A DNA stretch of 64,000 nt, from contig JADGBZ010000001.1 of the NCBI GenBank assembly GCA_015231175.1, positions 18,407 to 82,406 on the forward strand, in the 5' to 3' direction. The notes under the pieces were generated by a model. The model was given only the letters and a program-made list of their open reading frames with translations, ran no database searches and had not been told where the DNA came from. Below, piece by piece: positions 10,449-19,066 of this stretch (positions are counted from its first letter, which is position 1; each line of letters opens with the position of its first letter). Origin of the DNA: Magnetococcales bacterium. Its GTDB lineage: Bacteria > Pseudomonadota > Magnetococcia > Magnetococcales > DC0425bin3. The position numbers were made by a program, and so were the translations under genes.

Positions 10449-10666
10449 CAGGGCAATCACATTTGAAATCCGGTCATCAATTCAGACAGATTTTTTTTGC
10501 GCTGTGGGATGTCATGCAGACTTGATATGCCCTGGGAGCGCAGGCGTCTCGCCTGCCATGAGCGGGCGAGACGCCCGCGTTCCCAGACAAACCCGAAGGT
10601 TGCCCATCGGTCCAAAAACAAAAACTGTCATTATAAGGGTATCGGCATTTAAATGCGATTGCCCTG
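10449..10666. mobile_element. 218-bp MITE-like element (family B) with 10-bp target-site duplication
   Basis: Terminal inverted repeats CAGGGCAATCACATTTGAAAT (10449..) and ATTTAAATGCGATTGCCCTG (..10666), matching 19/21 when reverse-complemented. Flanked by identical ACCTTTTTAC at 10439-10448 and 10667-10676. No coding capacity. Confidence 0.7.
10532..10586. repeat. GC-rich 22-bp-stem hairpin inside the family-B element
   Basis: CTGGGAGCGCAGGCGTCTCGCC - 11 nt - GGCGAGACGCCCGCGTTCCCAG, with one G-T wobble and one mismatch. When spuriously translated it yields the ...AGETPALPG... peptide (see track ORF 10512..10733). Confidence 0.75.
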
Positions 10667-10771
10667 ACCTTTTTACTTGCATCATGGTGCAATAATCCGC
10701 ACGATCACACCCTGCGAGGGTGGCATGGGCCATGGTGTCGGCAAACTGACGAAGGTGTGTGGGGAAGAGCT

Positions 10772-13444
10772 ATGACCGAGGAGAGTGGCGGGCAGACGCG
10801 GGAAGAGGAGATGGAGATTCAGGAGTGGCGGGAAGCCCTGGAGTATGTCCTGGAACATGCCGGCTCGGATCGGGTGACCGAGCTGCTGCGAGAACTTCAC
10901 CACCATGCGCATCGGCTCGGCATCAAAATCCCCTTTTCTGCCAACACCCCCTACATGAATACCATTCCCCCCTCCGAACAGCAGCCCTACCCCGGGAGTC
11001 GGGAGATGGAGCGCCGCATCAAAAGCCTGATTCGCTGGAACGCCATGGCCATGGTGGTGCGTGCCAATCAGCAGGATGTGGGCATAGGGGGGCATATTTC
11101 CACCTTCGCCTCGGCGGCCACTTTGTATGAGGTGGGATTCAATCATTTTTTCCGGGGTCCAGAGGCGCCGTGTGGGGGCGATCTGGTCTTTTTCCAGGGA
11201 CATGCCTCGCCTGGCATCTATGCCCGCGCTTTTTTGGAAGGGCGATTGAGCGAACGGGATCTCTCCCATTTCCGCAAGGAGTTGGCAGAGGGAGGCGGGC
11301 TCTCTTCCTATCCGCACCCCTGGTTGATGCCCGATTTTTGGCAAGTCCCCACGGTCTCGATGGGGCTTGGCCCGATCATGGCCATCTATCAGGCCCGATT
11401 CATGCGCTACCTGGAAGACCGGGGATTGCGTCCCCCGACCGATGCCAAGGTCTGGGCCTTCCTCGGCGATGGCGAGACTGACGAGCCCGAGTCCCTGGGG
11501 GCCATCTCCCTGGCCGCCCGGGAGCATCTGGATAATTTGATCTTTGTCATCAATTGCAATCTGCAACGACTGGATGGTCCGGTGCGCGGCAACGGGCAGA
11601 TCATCCAGGAGCTGGAAGCAGATTTTCGGGGCGCCGGCTGGAATGTGATCAAGGTGATCTGGGGAGAGGATTGGGATCCCCTGTTTGCAAAGGATCACGA
11701 GGGTCTGTTGAGCCGGCGATTGGCGGAACTTGTGGATGGGGAGTACCAGAAACTCTCGATCGAAGGGGGCGCCTACGTGCGCCAGCAGGTGTTCGGCAAA
11801 TATCCGCAACTTTTGGAGCTGGTTTCCCACCACTCTGACGAGCAGTTGCACCGCATGCGGCGAGGGGGGCACGATCCGGCAAAGGTCTACGCCGCATTCC
11901 ACGCCGCCACGCGCCACAAGGGGGCCCCCTCGGTTGTCCTGGCCATGACCATCAAGGGGTATGGTTTGGGCGCAGCGGGGGAGGGATTGAACATCACCCA
12001 CCAGCAGAAAAAGATGACCGACGAGGAGTTGCGGGCCTTCCGGTCGCGCTTTGGCATACCGTTGTCGGACGAGGAGGTCTCCCATATGCCCTTCTTCCGC
12101 CCCGCCGAAGGGAGCGAGGAGATGCGGTATCTACAGGGGCAGCGGCGCAAGTTGGGGGGGTATCTCCCCAGCCGCAAGGCCAAGGCCGAGCCCATTCAAC
12201 CCCCGGCGGAGGAGATTTTCCAGGAGTTTGCCGATGGGACGGGCGAGCGGGAACTCTCCACCACCATGGTCTTTGTGCGCCTGCTGACCCGGCTTCTCAA
12301 GGATCCTGCGGTTGGGCGGTTGATTGTCCCCATTGTCCCGGATGAGGCGCGCACTTTTGGCATGGAGGCGCTGTTCCGGCAGTGTGGCATTTACTCCCAT
12401 CCGGGGCAGCTTTATGAGCCGGTCGATTCCAAAAGCCTCCTCTACTACAAGGAGGCCCGGGATGGCCAGATTTTGGAGGAGGGTATCACCGAGGCGGGTG
12501 GTTTGAGCTCTTTTATCGCCGCCGGGACCGCCTATGCCAACCACGGGGTGAATACGATTCCCTTTTTTGTCTACTACTCCATGTTTGGGTTGCAACGGGT
12601 GGGAGATTTGATCTGGGCTGCGGCGGACATGCGGACGCGGGGATTTTTATTTGGTGGCACGGCTGGTCGCACCACGTTGGCCGGGGAAGGGCTCCAACAC
12701 CAGGATGGGCAAAGCCATCTGCTCGCTTTGCCCATACCAACCCTGATGGCCTACGATCCCGCCTACGCCTATGAGGTGACCATCATCGTTCAGGATGGGT
12801 TGCGGCGCATGTATGTGGACCAGGAGGCTTTGTTCTACTACGTCACCATCATGAACGAAAATTATACGCATCCTCCCATGCCCAAAGGGGCGGAGAGCGG
12901 CATTTTGAAGGGGATGTATCTTCTGGAGGGAACGACCGCTCCTGCCCACTGGCCCCGCGTGCAGCTCATGGGGAGTGGCGCCATTCTCAACGAGGTGGTC
13001 AAGGCGCGGGAGATGCTGGCCCGATACGAGGTGGCTGCCGAGGTGTGGAGCGTGACCAGTTACAAGGAGCTGCGCCGGGATGCCCAGGAGGCGGAACGAT
13101 GGAACATGTTCAATCCTGGCAACGAGCCGGTGCAATCTTATCTCGCCCAATGTCTGAAGGATCGTTCCGGACCTTTCATCGCTGCCACCGACTATGTCAA
13201 GGCCTTGCCGGATCTGATCGCCAAGTGGTTGCCTGGCCCCCTGCTTTCGTTGGGGACCGATGGCTTTGGCCGGAGCGAAACCCGTGCGGCGTTGCGGGAC
13301 TTTTTCGAGGTAGATCGGCGACATGTCACTCTGGCCGCACTGAGCCAACTGTATGACATGGAGTTGTTGCCGGTGACCGTGGTGCAACGTGCCATCCAGG
13401 AACTGGAGATCGATCCCGAACGCATCAGTCCGGTGCGTCGCTAA
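10772..13444 (+). CDS. aceE: Pyruvate dehydrogenase E1 component (homodimeric AceE type)
   Basis: About 890 aa. EWREALEYVLEH..., RWNAMAMVVRAN, GGHISTFASAATLYEVGFNHFFRG, thiamine-PP motif GDGETDEPESLGA...NLIFVINCNLQRLDGPVRGN. ATG 10772 preferred over GTG 10757. Confidence 0.92.
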   Translation: MTEESGGQTREEEMEIQEWREALEYVLEHAGSDRVTELLRELHHHAHRLGIKIPFSANTPYMNTIPPSEQQPYPGSREMERRIKSLIRWNAMAMVVRANQQDVGIGGHISTFASAATLYEVGFNHFFRGPEAPCGGDLVFFQGHASPGIYARAFLEGRLSERDLSHFRKELAEGGGLSSYPHPWLMPDFWQVPTVSMGLGPIMAIYQARFMRYLEDRGLRPPTDAKVWAFLGDGETDEPESLGAISLAAREHLDNLIFVINCNLQRLDGPVRGNGQIIQELEADFRGAGWNVIKVIWGEDWDPLFAKDHEGLLSRRLAELVDGEYQKLSIEGGAYVRQQVFGKYPQLLELVSHHSDEQLHRMRRGGHDPAKVYAAFHAATRHKGAPSVVLAMTIKGYGLGAAGEGLNITHQQKKMTDEELRAFRSRFGIPLSDEEVSHMPFFRPAEGSEEMRYLQGQRRKLGGYLPSRKAKAEPIQPPAEEIFQEFADGTGERELSTTMVFVRLLTRLLKDPAVGRLIVPIVPDEARTFGMEALFRQCGIYSHPGQLYEPVDSKSLLYYKEARDGQILEEGITEAGGLSSFIAAGTAYANHGVNTIPFFVYYSMFGLQRVGDLIWAAADMRTRGFLFGGTAGRTTLAGEGLQHQDGQSHLLALPIPTLMAYDPAYAYEVTIIVQDGLRRMYVDQEALFYYVTIMNENYTHPPMPKGAESGILKGMYLLEGTTAPAHWPRVQLMGSGAILNEVVKAREMLARYEVAAEVWSVTSYKELRRDAQEAERWNMFNPGNEPVQSYLAQCLKDRSGPFIAATDYVKALPDLIAKWLPGPLLSLGTDGFGRSETRAALRDFFEVDRRHVTLAALSQLYDMELLPVTVVQRAIQELEIDPERISPVRR

Positions 13445-13480
13445 TGGATCAACCGACATGACTTGAAGCGTTCACTTTTC

Positions 13481-13630
13481 CTGACTATGCCGCACTCTTT
13501 CAAGAAAAGCCCGGGTATAAAAGCCTTTGTCAGGGCTTCGCCCCGAACCCCACCAGGACGCTGTCCTGGACCTGCCAGGGAGCCAGCCCCCTGGACTCCG
13601 ATTCATGCCATCAAATCAGCACGGTTGAGC
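13481..13630 (+). mobile_element. MITE family A, copy 1 (degenerate ends)
   Basis: The core AAAGCCTTTGTCAGGGCTTCGCCCCGAACCCCACCAGGAC...GTCCTGGACCTGCCAGGGAGCCAGCCCCCTGGAC is nearly identical to the other copies. The ends are eroded, so boundaries are approximate. Confidence 0.75.
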
Positions 13631-13638
13631 CACTAGGG

Positions 13639-14883
13639 GTGGGCGGACTCTTGCGTGGGTCAGATCGAAATCTCCCCCCGGGATGGTGGATCGGCAAGTG
13701 GCTGGTGTTTCTGGGTGCAAGCCTGGTGGTGTTTTGTTATGGCTTGCACTTCGACACTTTTGTCATCCTGCTTGGGCTCCTTTGGCTGCTGTTTCGTTTG
13801 GCCAGTCCCGCCAACGCGATCACCTTTTCTGTCGTACTGGCCTTGATGACCTTATGCCTGTGGGGCGGCATCGAGCTGCTTGGTTTGAACAAACCTTTTT
13901 ACCGCTTGCATGAAAAGCTGGCCTATTTTGACAGGGAGATGGGCTTTTCGACCTATCAAAAAAATGTTTCCGCCAGCATGGAGATGCCCTTTGGCGATCT
14001 GCGTGCCATGTCATCGCACATGCCGCCTCTGGAGGCTCCACGGACCATCTCCTGCCAGACCGACAGCCTGGGATTTCGCAATACCCAGGATTATCATGGC
14101 CAACCCTTCCTTGTGGTGGGGGATTCGTTTGTGGTGGGTGTCGGCAATACGCAAAGTCAGACGCTCGACCGTCAATTGGCGGATCGTTATGGCATGCAAG
14201 CCTATAATCTCGGCCACCCCGGTGATGCATCCGATTATTTGCAGCGGATACAATATTTCCGTGCCCACTTCAGCGAGCGGCCCAAATTTTTGGTTTTTCT
14301 TTTTGAGGGGAACGATTTTCCCGCAAAGGATCGTCCCATCGCTCCACAAAGCTGGTTGCGCACCCTCAAGGAGAACTACGCCCTGTTGTCCAAAAACAGA
14401 TTTTCCAATTTCATCACGATGAAGCGCAACCAGATCAAGGTTCGCCGCAAGAACCAGGATCCTGGTCAGGATCCGGCAGGGTCGTTCATGGTTGGTGACC
14501 GGGAGATGGCCTATTACAAGCTCTATCGGGAAAACACCGAACGCACCCATTATGTGTTCCCCCCCGGTTATGTCGCCGATTTGCGCCTGCTCCTGCAACT
14601 GAGTCACAAGGTTTTTTTTATTCCCACCAAATACCGGGTGTATGGACCGGAGAGCACCCTTCCACCCCAGGCCTATTGGGAGCGACTCAACCAGGTTTGC
14701 CAGGAGGCAGGGACTCCCTGCATCAACCTCACCGCGCCAATGCAGATCCAGGCCCGCCACCATCTGGAACAAGGCCAGACGCTTTGGTGGCGTGATGACA
14801 CACACTGGAATCCACTGGGGATTGCGGTGGCGGCGGAGGTGGTGTGGCAAACTGCTGGCCGGTCCATCCACAAAACACCTTGA
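13639..14883 (+). CDS. Membrane-anchored SGNH/GDSL-type hydrolase or O-acetyltransferase (AlgX/AlgJ-like)
   Basis: Three N-terminal hydrophobic helices, an SGNH block I (VVGDSFVVG), and a C-terminal WWRDDTHWNPLG (the D-x-x-H catalytic pair, as in AlgJ/AlgX-type acetyltransferases). GTG start directly abuts MITE copy 1. Confidence 0.65.
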   Translation: MGGLLRGSDRNLPPGWWIGKWLVFLGASLVVFCYGLHFDTFVILLGLLWLLFRLASPANAITFSVVLALMTLCLWGGIELLGLNKPFYRLHEKLAYFDREMGFSTYQKNVSASMEMPFGDLRAMSSHMPPLEAPRTISCQTDSLGFRNTQDYHGQPFLVVGDSFVVGVGNTQSQTLDRQLADRYGMQAYNLGHPGDASDYLQRIQYFRAHFSERPKFLVFLFEGNDFPAKDRPIAPQSWLRTLKENYALLSKNRFSNFITMKRNQIKVRRKNQDPGQDPAGSFMVGDREMAYYKLYRENTERTHYVFPPGYVADLRLLLQLSHKVFFIPTKYRVYGPESTLPPQAYWERLNQVCQEAGTPCINLTAPMQIQARHHLEQGQTLWWRDDTHWNPLGIAVAAEVVWQTAGRSIHKTP

Positions 14884-14885
14884 AA

Positions 14886-14971
14886 GGACAATCTGTCCCA
14901 ATTGGGATACAAATCTGTCCCATTATGGACAAAATGTCCTGCGTCCGACGGCATACGGGACAAAATCGCCC
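14886..14971. repeat. Array of four short imperfect palindromes (GGACA-N3-TGTCC type)
   Basis: GGACAATCTGTCCC (14886-14899), GGGATACAAATCTGTCCC (14904-14921), GGACAAAATGTCC (14927-14939) and GGGACAAAATCGCCC (14957-14971), in the gap between two convergent genes. Confidence 0.6.
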
Positions 14972-15049
14972 GTGGTTTGACGGTTTTTCGTCAATATCCC
15001 AGCGCCCAAACGTATATTTAAAAAAATAACAATGTGAAAGCAACAGGTT

Positions 15050-15337
15050 TCAATCCTGCCGCAAGGAGACCGATACGTCGGTACGCCTGCGTTCCGGAGC
15101 ATTTTCACGCTCCTCCAGGAGGGCGACCAGCTTGTGGATAAACTCGGTTGACACACAATGATCCACCCAGGATTGCAAGGCAGCCACTGCAGTTATCGAT
15201 GGAATTTCAGGAATTTCCCGAAACTGATCCAGCACCCAGTTCTCGGCATGCAGGCGAAAAGTTTCGATCAGGTCACGAACCAAGCCATACAGGGCAGGGA
15301 AATTTTCATCCGTAACCGTGACGCTTTGTCGTTTCAT
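15050..15337 (-). CDS. Hypothetical 95-aa protein
   Basis: ORF only. No motif recognised, weak RBS. The composition looks protein-like (acidic, helical). Confidence 0.4.
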   Translation of the reverse strand: MKRQSVTVTDENFPALYGLVRDLIETFRLHAENWVLDQFREIPEIPSITAVAALQSWVDHCVSTEFIHKLVALLEERENAPERRRTDVSVSLRQD

Positions 15338-15593
15338 GGCAAAAAGTCCTAGAAATTGTTTTTAAAAACATTAGCTTACGTCATTAGCACCACATCCGGG
15401 CACCCGGTACGCCAACACCCGGCACGACCAAACCTCAAGTATGGCCTGTTGTTTGCATGATATATTCCTAAATATAATTTCCGAGCCGTCTGCTACCCCA
15501 GTTTTTCAGGAATCAAGGAGGCAGACAGCGAAGGCCCTTCGTTGCAAACCGTAGCGGTTGATCGTCAACCGGACTCTTGACAGGAGCGAGACC

Positions 15594-15737
15594 ATGAGCA
15601 CACTGAGCAATGACAAACCGAGCATCGTCGAACGTGTTGTGGAGAACGTTGGACTGATTACCATCATGGGGTTGGTCTTCGCGGCTGCACCGCTTCTGGC
15701 AGCGTGGTCCGTCAAAGGGCTGATTCAGATCTTTTAA
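15594..15737 (+). CDS. Possible 47-aa single-pass membrane peptide
   Basis: My translation: MSTLSNDKPSIVERVVENVGLITIMGLVFAAAPLLAAWSVKGLIQIF. Preceded by CAGGAGCGAGACC-ATG (AGGAG 8 nt upstream). Below the track cutoff. It competes with antisense ORF 15506..15715, which looks non-coding. Confidence 0.3.
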   Translation: MSTLSNDKPSIVERVVENVGLITIMGLVFAAAPLLAAWSVKGLIQIF

Positions 15738-15981
15738 GCCGGTTCCGCGTTTCGGGCGCACCCGGACTCCATGCCCGGCGGGATCCCGGTAATGGGCGCA
15801 CACCCGCCACCTTCCGATCGTGGATCCCCCCGTGGAGTTCGTGCGTTGCCAATCGTCGGGCTTGGCCGCAGGGAGAGGAAGGGCCAGCCCCCCTGGCTGT
15901 CCCTGTCTCCTGCGTCATTCCCAAGCTTGGCCACCAGCTGTGGCCTTCGATCCTGTCAGGGTGCGGTCCGTCGCCTGCTTA

Positions 15982-16995
15982 TCAGTAACAGGTTCCGCCC
16001 GCCTCCTGAAGGAGCATTTCCACTTCGTCGTGGTGCTTTTCCAGAGCCATCAAACGGGCGGTGACGCCTTTGTTGTCCCGCTCGTTCACGCGTATCCCTT
16101 TGCCCAGAAGATATTTCACAATCTCCGCATGGCCGTTTGCCGAGGCGAACATCAGCGCGTTAAGGCCATCCTCGTTCTTCACATGAATATCGGAACCAAA
16201 TTCCACCAACATTTTAACGATCTCGGTATGGCCCTTGTCCGCCGCAATGAGGAGGGCCGTGCAGCCGCACTGGTGATTCCGCTCGGCGCTGGCCTTTTTC
16301 TCGATCAACATGCGGGCGGCCTGAACGTCGCCATACTGGGCAGCCAACATGAGGGGCGTACTCCCCTCCTTGTCCTGGGCATTGATGTCGGCCCCGGCCT
16401 TGATCAGGGCCGGCAACAGGTGCGCGTTGCCATACTGGATGGCCAGATGCAAGGCTGTACGCTTTTTCTGGTTGACAGCCTTGACGTCAGCGCCCTTGGC
16501 GAGCAGCATTTCCAGAATTTTTTGCCGTGTTGCCTGCTCGGCAGGCTCCTTCAACCGCACGGCGACCAATTTCAGGAGCGGCGTCCAGGATCCTTTGGTT
16601 TGAAAGTTGACATCCCCCCCATGCTGGATCAAGGCTTCGACCAACTCTGGATGCAGCCACTCCGCAGCCAAAAACAGGGCCGTGCATCCAGCTCTCTGGT
16701 GGGGGGCGTTCACCTCGGCGCCCTTGCTTAAAAGGAGTTTGACGACCTCGGCGCTCCCCTCCTGCGAGGCCAGCATGAGCAGAGACATACCGACCTGATT
16801 GTACTGATTAGGGTTGGCTCCCCGATTCAGGGCGTCCCGGACAGCGACCCAGTTCCCTTTGTTCGCATCATCCCAAATTCCGGCTTCTGGAGCTGCGGCT
16901 CCCTGGTGTGCCCCTCCCTGGGCCAAGGCCACCGAGTTAATCCCTATGCCACCGGCCAACAGCAGCATACAAAGCACGGCTGCGATCTTGTTCAT
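15982..16995 (-). CDS. Secreted ankyrin-repeat protein (about 8 ANK repeats)
   Basis: Start trimmed to MNKIAAVLCMLLLAGGIGINSVALAQG (Sec-type signal peptide). The ATG overlaps the upstream gene's TGA (ATGA). Repeats of type G-TALH/LM-AA--GH-E-VK-LL--GAD-N recur throughout. Confidence 0.85.
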   Translation of the reverse strand: MNKIAAVLCMLLLAGGIGINSVALAQGGAHQGAAAPEAGIWDDANKGNWVAVRDALNRGANPNQYNQVGMSLLMLASQEGSAEVVKLLLSKGAEVNAPHQRAGCTALFLAAEWLHPELVEALIQHGGDVNFQTKGSWTPLLKLVAVRLKEPAEQATRQKILEMLLAKGADVKAVNQKKRTALHLAIQYGNAHLLPALIKAGADINAQDKEGSTPLMLAAQYGDVQAARMLIEKKASAERNHQCGCTALLIAADKGHTEIVKMLVEFGSDIHVKNEDGLNALMFASANGHAEIVKYLLGKGIRVNERDNKGVTARLMALEKHHDEVEMLLQEAGGTCY

Positions 16996-17573
16996 GATAG
17001 ACCACCCTCGGTTCGTGACCCCTTTGTCAGGCGAAAACTGCCAAAAATCTCCCGACGTGTCAAATCCTGCTGCCATCGACAGGTCATGGAGCGTTCCCTG
17101 CGAACATTCTCGCGGAACTGGACAACATCCGTCCAGGCAGAAAATACCTGATCGGCAGTTTGGTACCGGGACAAACCGACCACCAGGGGCTGGAGGTAAA
17201 AAGAGCCAAGCTGGGGGTCATACTGGACATGGGCATCCTGATCCTGTCCCAGCATGGTCAGGCTGACCCTGGGCCCCAACGTCGGCAGAGAGACCTGTTC
17301 CCAGGCCTGCGCGACCGTATCATGCGGCGGTTTCCCGGGAACCAGAACCCGGCAAAGCATCCAGGGGGTAAGCTGTAGAAAGACACTCCACCCCTCCACA
17401 TGGCGGCATGCCCTGACTTCATGGCCCAAAAGAGGATTGATCACCTCCATTTCCAGACCAGGCACACTCTGCTCCGCACCCAAGCGGCGGGTGGCAGCCG
17501 CGAAGAGTTCCTGAAACGCCTGCAAAAAAAACACCCATTCCGGGTCACAAGGGCTTGGCTGGGTGTCGTGCAT
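16992..17573 (-). CDS. HybE-family ([NiFe]-hydrogenase-type Tat proofreading) chaperone-like protein
   Basis: Trimmed from track ORF 16992..18044 to MHDTQPSPCDPEWVFFLQAF... The segment EGWSVFLQLTPWMLCRVLVPG resembles the HybE signature (E. coli HybE: EGQWTGCVITPWMLSAVIFPG). The first 157 aa of the track ORF are a Pro/Arg/Trp-rich shadow overlapping the TorD-like frame. Confidence 0.55.
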   Translation of the reverse strand: MHDTQPSPCDPEWVFFLQAFQELFAAATRRLGAEQSVPGLEMEVINPLLGHEVRACRHVEGWSVFLQLTPWMLCRVLVPGKPPHDTVAQAWEQVSLPTLGPRVSLTMLGQDQDAHVQYDPQLGSFYLQPLVVGLSRYQTADQVFSAWTDVVQFRENVRRERSMTCRWQQDLTRREIFGSFRLTKGSRTEGGLS

Positions 17574-18090
17574 GATCGCCTCCAAACAGATCCAAAAGCC
17601 GCGACCCAAGAAAGCCGTAGAGCGCCAAACCAGCCGACTCCTTGAGCCTGGTCGCAAACCTCGGCACCCAGATGGCCAAGTGTTCCTCCCACAACTCCCA
17701 CCGCAAGTCGGCCTGGGCCACGCGCTGCGCCGCAAGGTGGGCGGCCAGATCCAGCATGGAGCCCAGAAAATCCGGAGAGATATCCGGGTCCGCTGCAACA
17801 CCCGCACGCTGGTAGAGTCCGGCGATGGCCTGCACACAATCCCCCCCCAGAACGCCATGCCGCCAGAAGCTCTCAAAGGGGGGACAAGGTGTCGTGGGAA
17901 AGCCGTTGACAAAGAGCCGGGTATGTTCAGCCTGCCACGACTCCAGGGAAATTCCCCGGAGTTCGGGACAGACCGCCTGCAACCCGGGAAGCTCAATGGC
18001 CATCTCCTCGACGGCGGCCAGGGATCCTGGCTCGGGCTGCCCAAGCAGCCCGGCCAGCAGGGTCAACTCATGTTCCAAGGTGATGGTCAT
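17545..18090 (-). CDS. TorD/DmsD-family redox-enzyme maturation chaperone
   Basis: ESWQAEHTRLFVNG (the E-x-x-RLF family signature) and ...PDFLGSMLDLAAHL (the DH-type helix). The start at ATG 18090 is chosen to avoid overlapping the NrfD gene. An alternative start lies at 18123. Confidence 0.7.
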   Translation of the reverse strand: MTITLEHELTLLAGLLGQPEPGSLAAVEEMAIELPGLQAVCPELRGISLESWQAEHTRLFVNGFPTTPCPPFESFWRHGVLGGDCVQAIAGLYQRAGVAADPDISPDFLGSMLDLAAHLAAQRVAQADLRWELWEEHLAIWVPRFATRLKESAGLALYGFLGSRLLDLFGGDHARHPAKPL

Positions 18091-18100
18091 GAGATCATGG

Positions 18101-19057
18101 TTACCACGGATAGGCGTAAACACCAGCCGACATGAAATAGTGCCGCAGGAGATACCCTCCAGTGAGCACCAAAACCGATGCCGTCACGATGGGAACCTTG
18201 CCGGACCAGGAACCGAAAACGCATTTCAGCTCCATGGCCAGGGGGATCATCAACCCACACACGACGAAGCCCATCACCCAACCCGAATCGTTCCACAACA
18301 GCTCAGCCGACCGGTAGCCAGCCTCCGATCCAGAGAGCGTATAGTTGAAGAAAGAGTAGATGACAACCAACTCCGCCGTGATCAACCCGATATCCACCCG
18401 TTCATAGAGTGCCCGGATGGTGTGATCCACCCGGTGGTAGATAAACATGTACATGACGATGAGAAGCCAGGCCATGGAGGTGGAAAAGGCAGAAACCGTG
18501 AAGAGAATGGGCACGCCCGGGTTGTGCCACAGGGCCACCGCCGGGAAACTCTGCAAGAGCAACCCGGTATAGACAGCAGTCCCCAGGCCGGTCACGACGG
18601 CAATCCATCCCAGAACAGTCTGGTATTTTTGCGCGGTCACCGCCACATCGCGGGTGATTTTCATCCGCAGAAAATCACCCATGACAGGCCAGCCCAGGAG
18701 GCGCTTTTTTTCCACCATGAAAGGCAGGGCAAACAGGACAGCCGCGATCTGGAGCCAGAGGATGAACTGCGAACCCCAGGCGATCCAGGAATCGGGTTTA
18801 TGAAAGATGCCCCATGGGGTCAGGATGTACACCGCCGCCCATTTGTGCAACAGGTGGAGGAAGAGCATGCCGGACCCCAGAGTCAACATGGCCGTGCCGG
18901 AGAGAGCCCCCCACATCACCAACTCTTTCTCCTCCCGCAGATACATGTGGGTAAGAAAGCTGACCACGATCACAGCGGCTCCCATGCCGCCAAGAAAGAG
19001 ATACAACGCAAACCACCACGTCCACAAATTCTGAGTGCTGTAGGTCATGATTTCCAT
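18101..19057 (-). CDS. NrfD/PsrC-family integral membrane quinol-interacting subunit
   Basis: 318 aa with about 8 TM helices. N-terminus WTWWFALYLFLGGMGAAV is typical of the NrfD/PsrC family. Positioned after the Mo and FeS subunits. Confidence 0.85.
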   Translation of the reverse strand: MEIMTYSTQNLWTWWFALYLFLGGMGAAVIVVSFLTHMYLREEKELVMWGALSGTAMLTLGSGMLFLHLLHKWAAVYILTPWGIFHKPDSWIAWGSQFILWLQIAAVLFALPFMVEKKRLLGWPVMGDFLRMKITRDVAVTAQKYQTVLGWIAVVTGLGTAVYTGLLLQSFPAVALWHNPGVPILFTVSAFSTSMAWLLIVMYMFIYHRVDHTIRALYERVDIGLITAELVVIYSFFNYTLSGSEAGYRSAELLWNDSGWVMGFVVCGLMIPLAMELKCVFGSWSGKVPIVTASVLVLTGGYLLRHYFMSAGVYAYPW

Positions 19058-19066
19058 GCGGATCTC

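Noticed and set aside
10682-12085. 467-aa minus-strand ORF, and other minus-strand ORFs across 10.7-13.5 kb
   Set aside because: They lie antisense to aceE.
15506-15715. 69-aa minus-strand ORF
   Set aside because: It has no RBS and an odd composition. The opposite strand carries a better candidate, a 47-aa membrane peptide with an AGGAG RBS, which is itself only weakly supported.
16992-18044. Full-length 350-aa version of the HybE-like ORF
   Set aside because: The N-terminal 157 residues are Trp/Pro/Arg/Ser-rich and overlap the TorD-like gene in another frame. I kept only the part from ATG 17573 onward.
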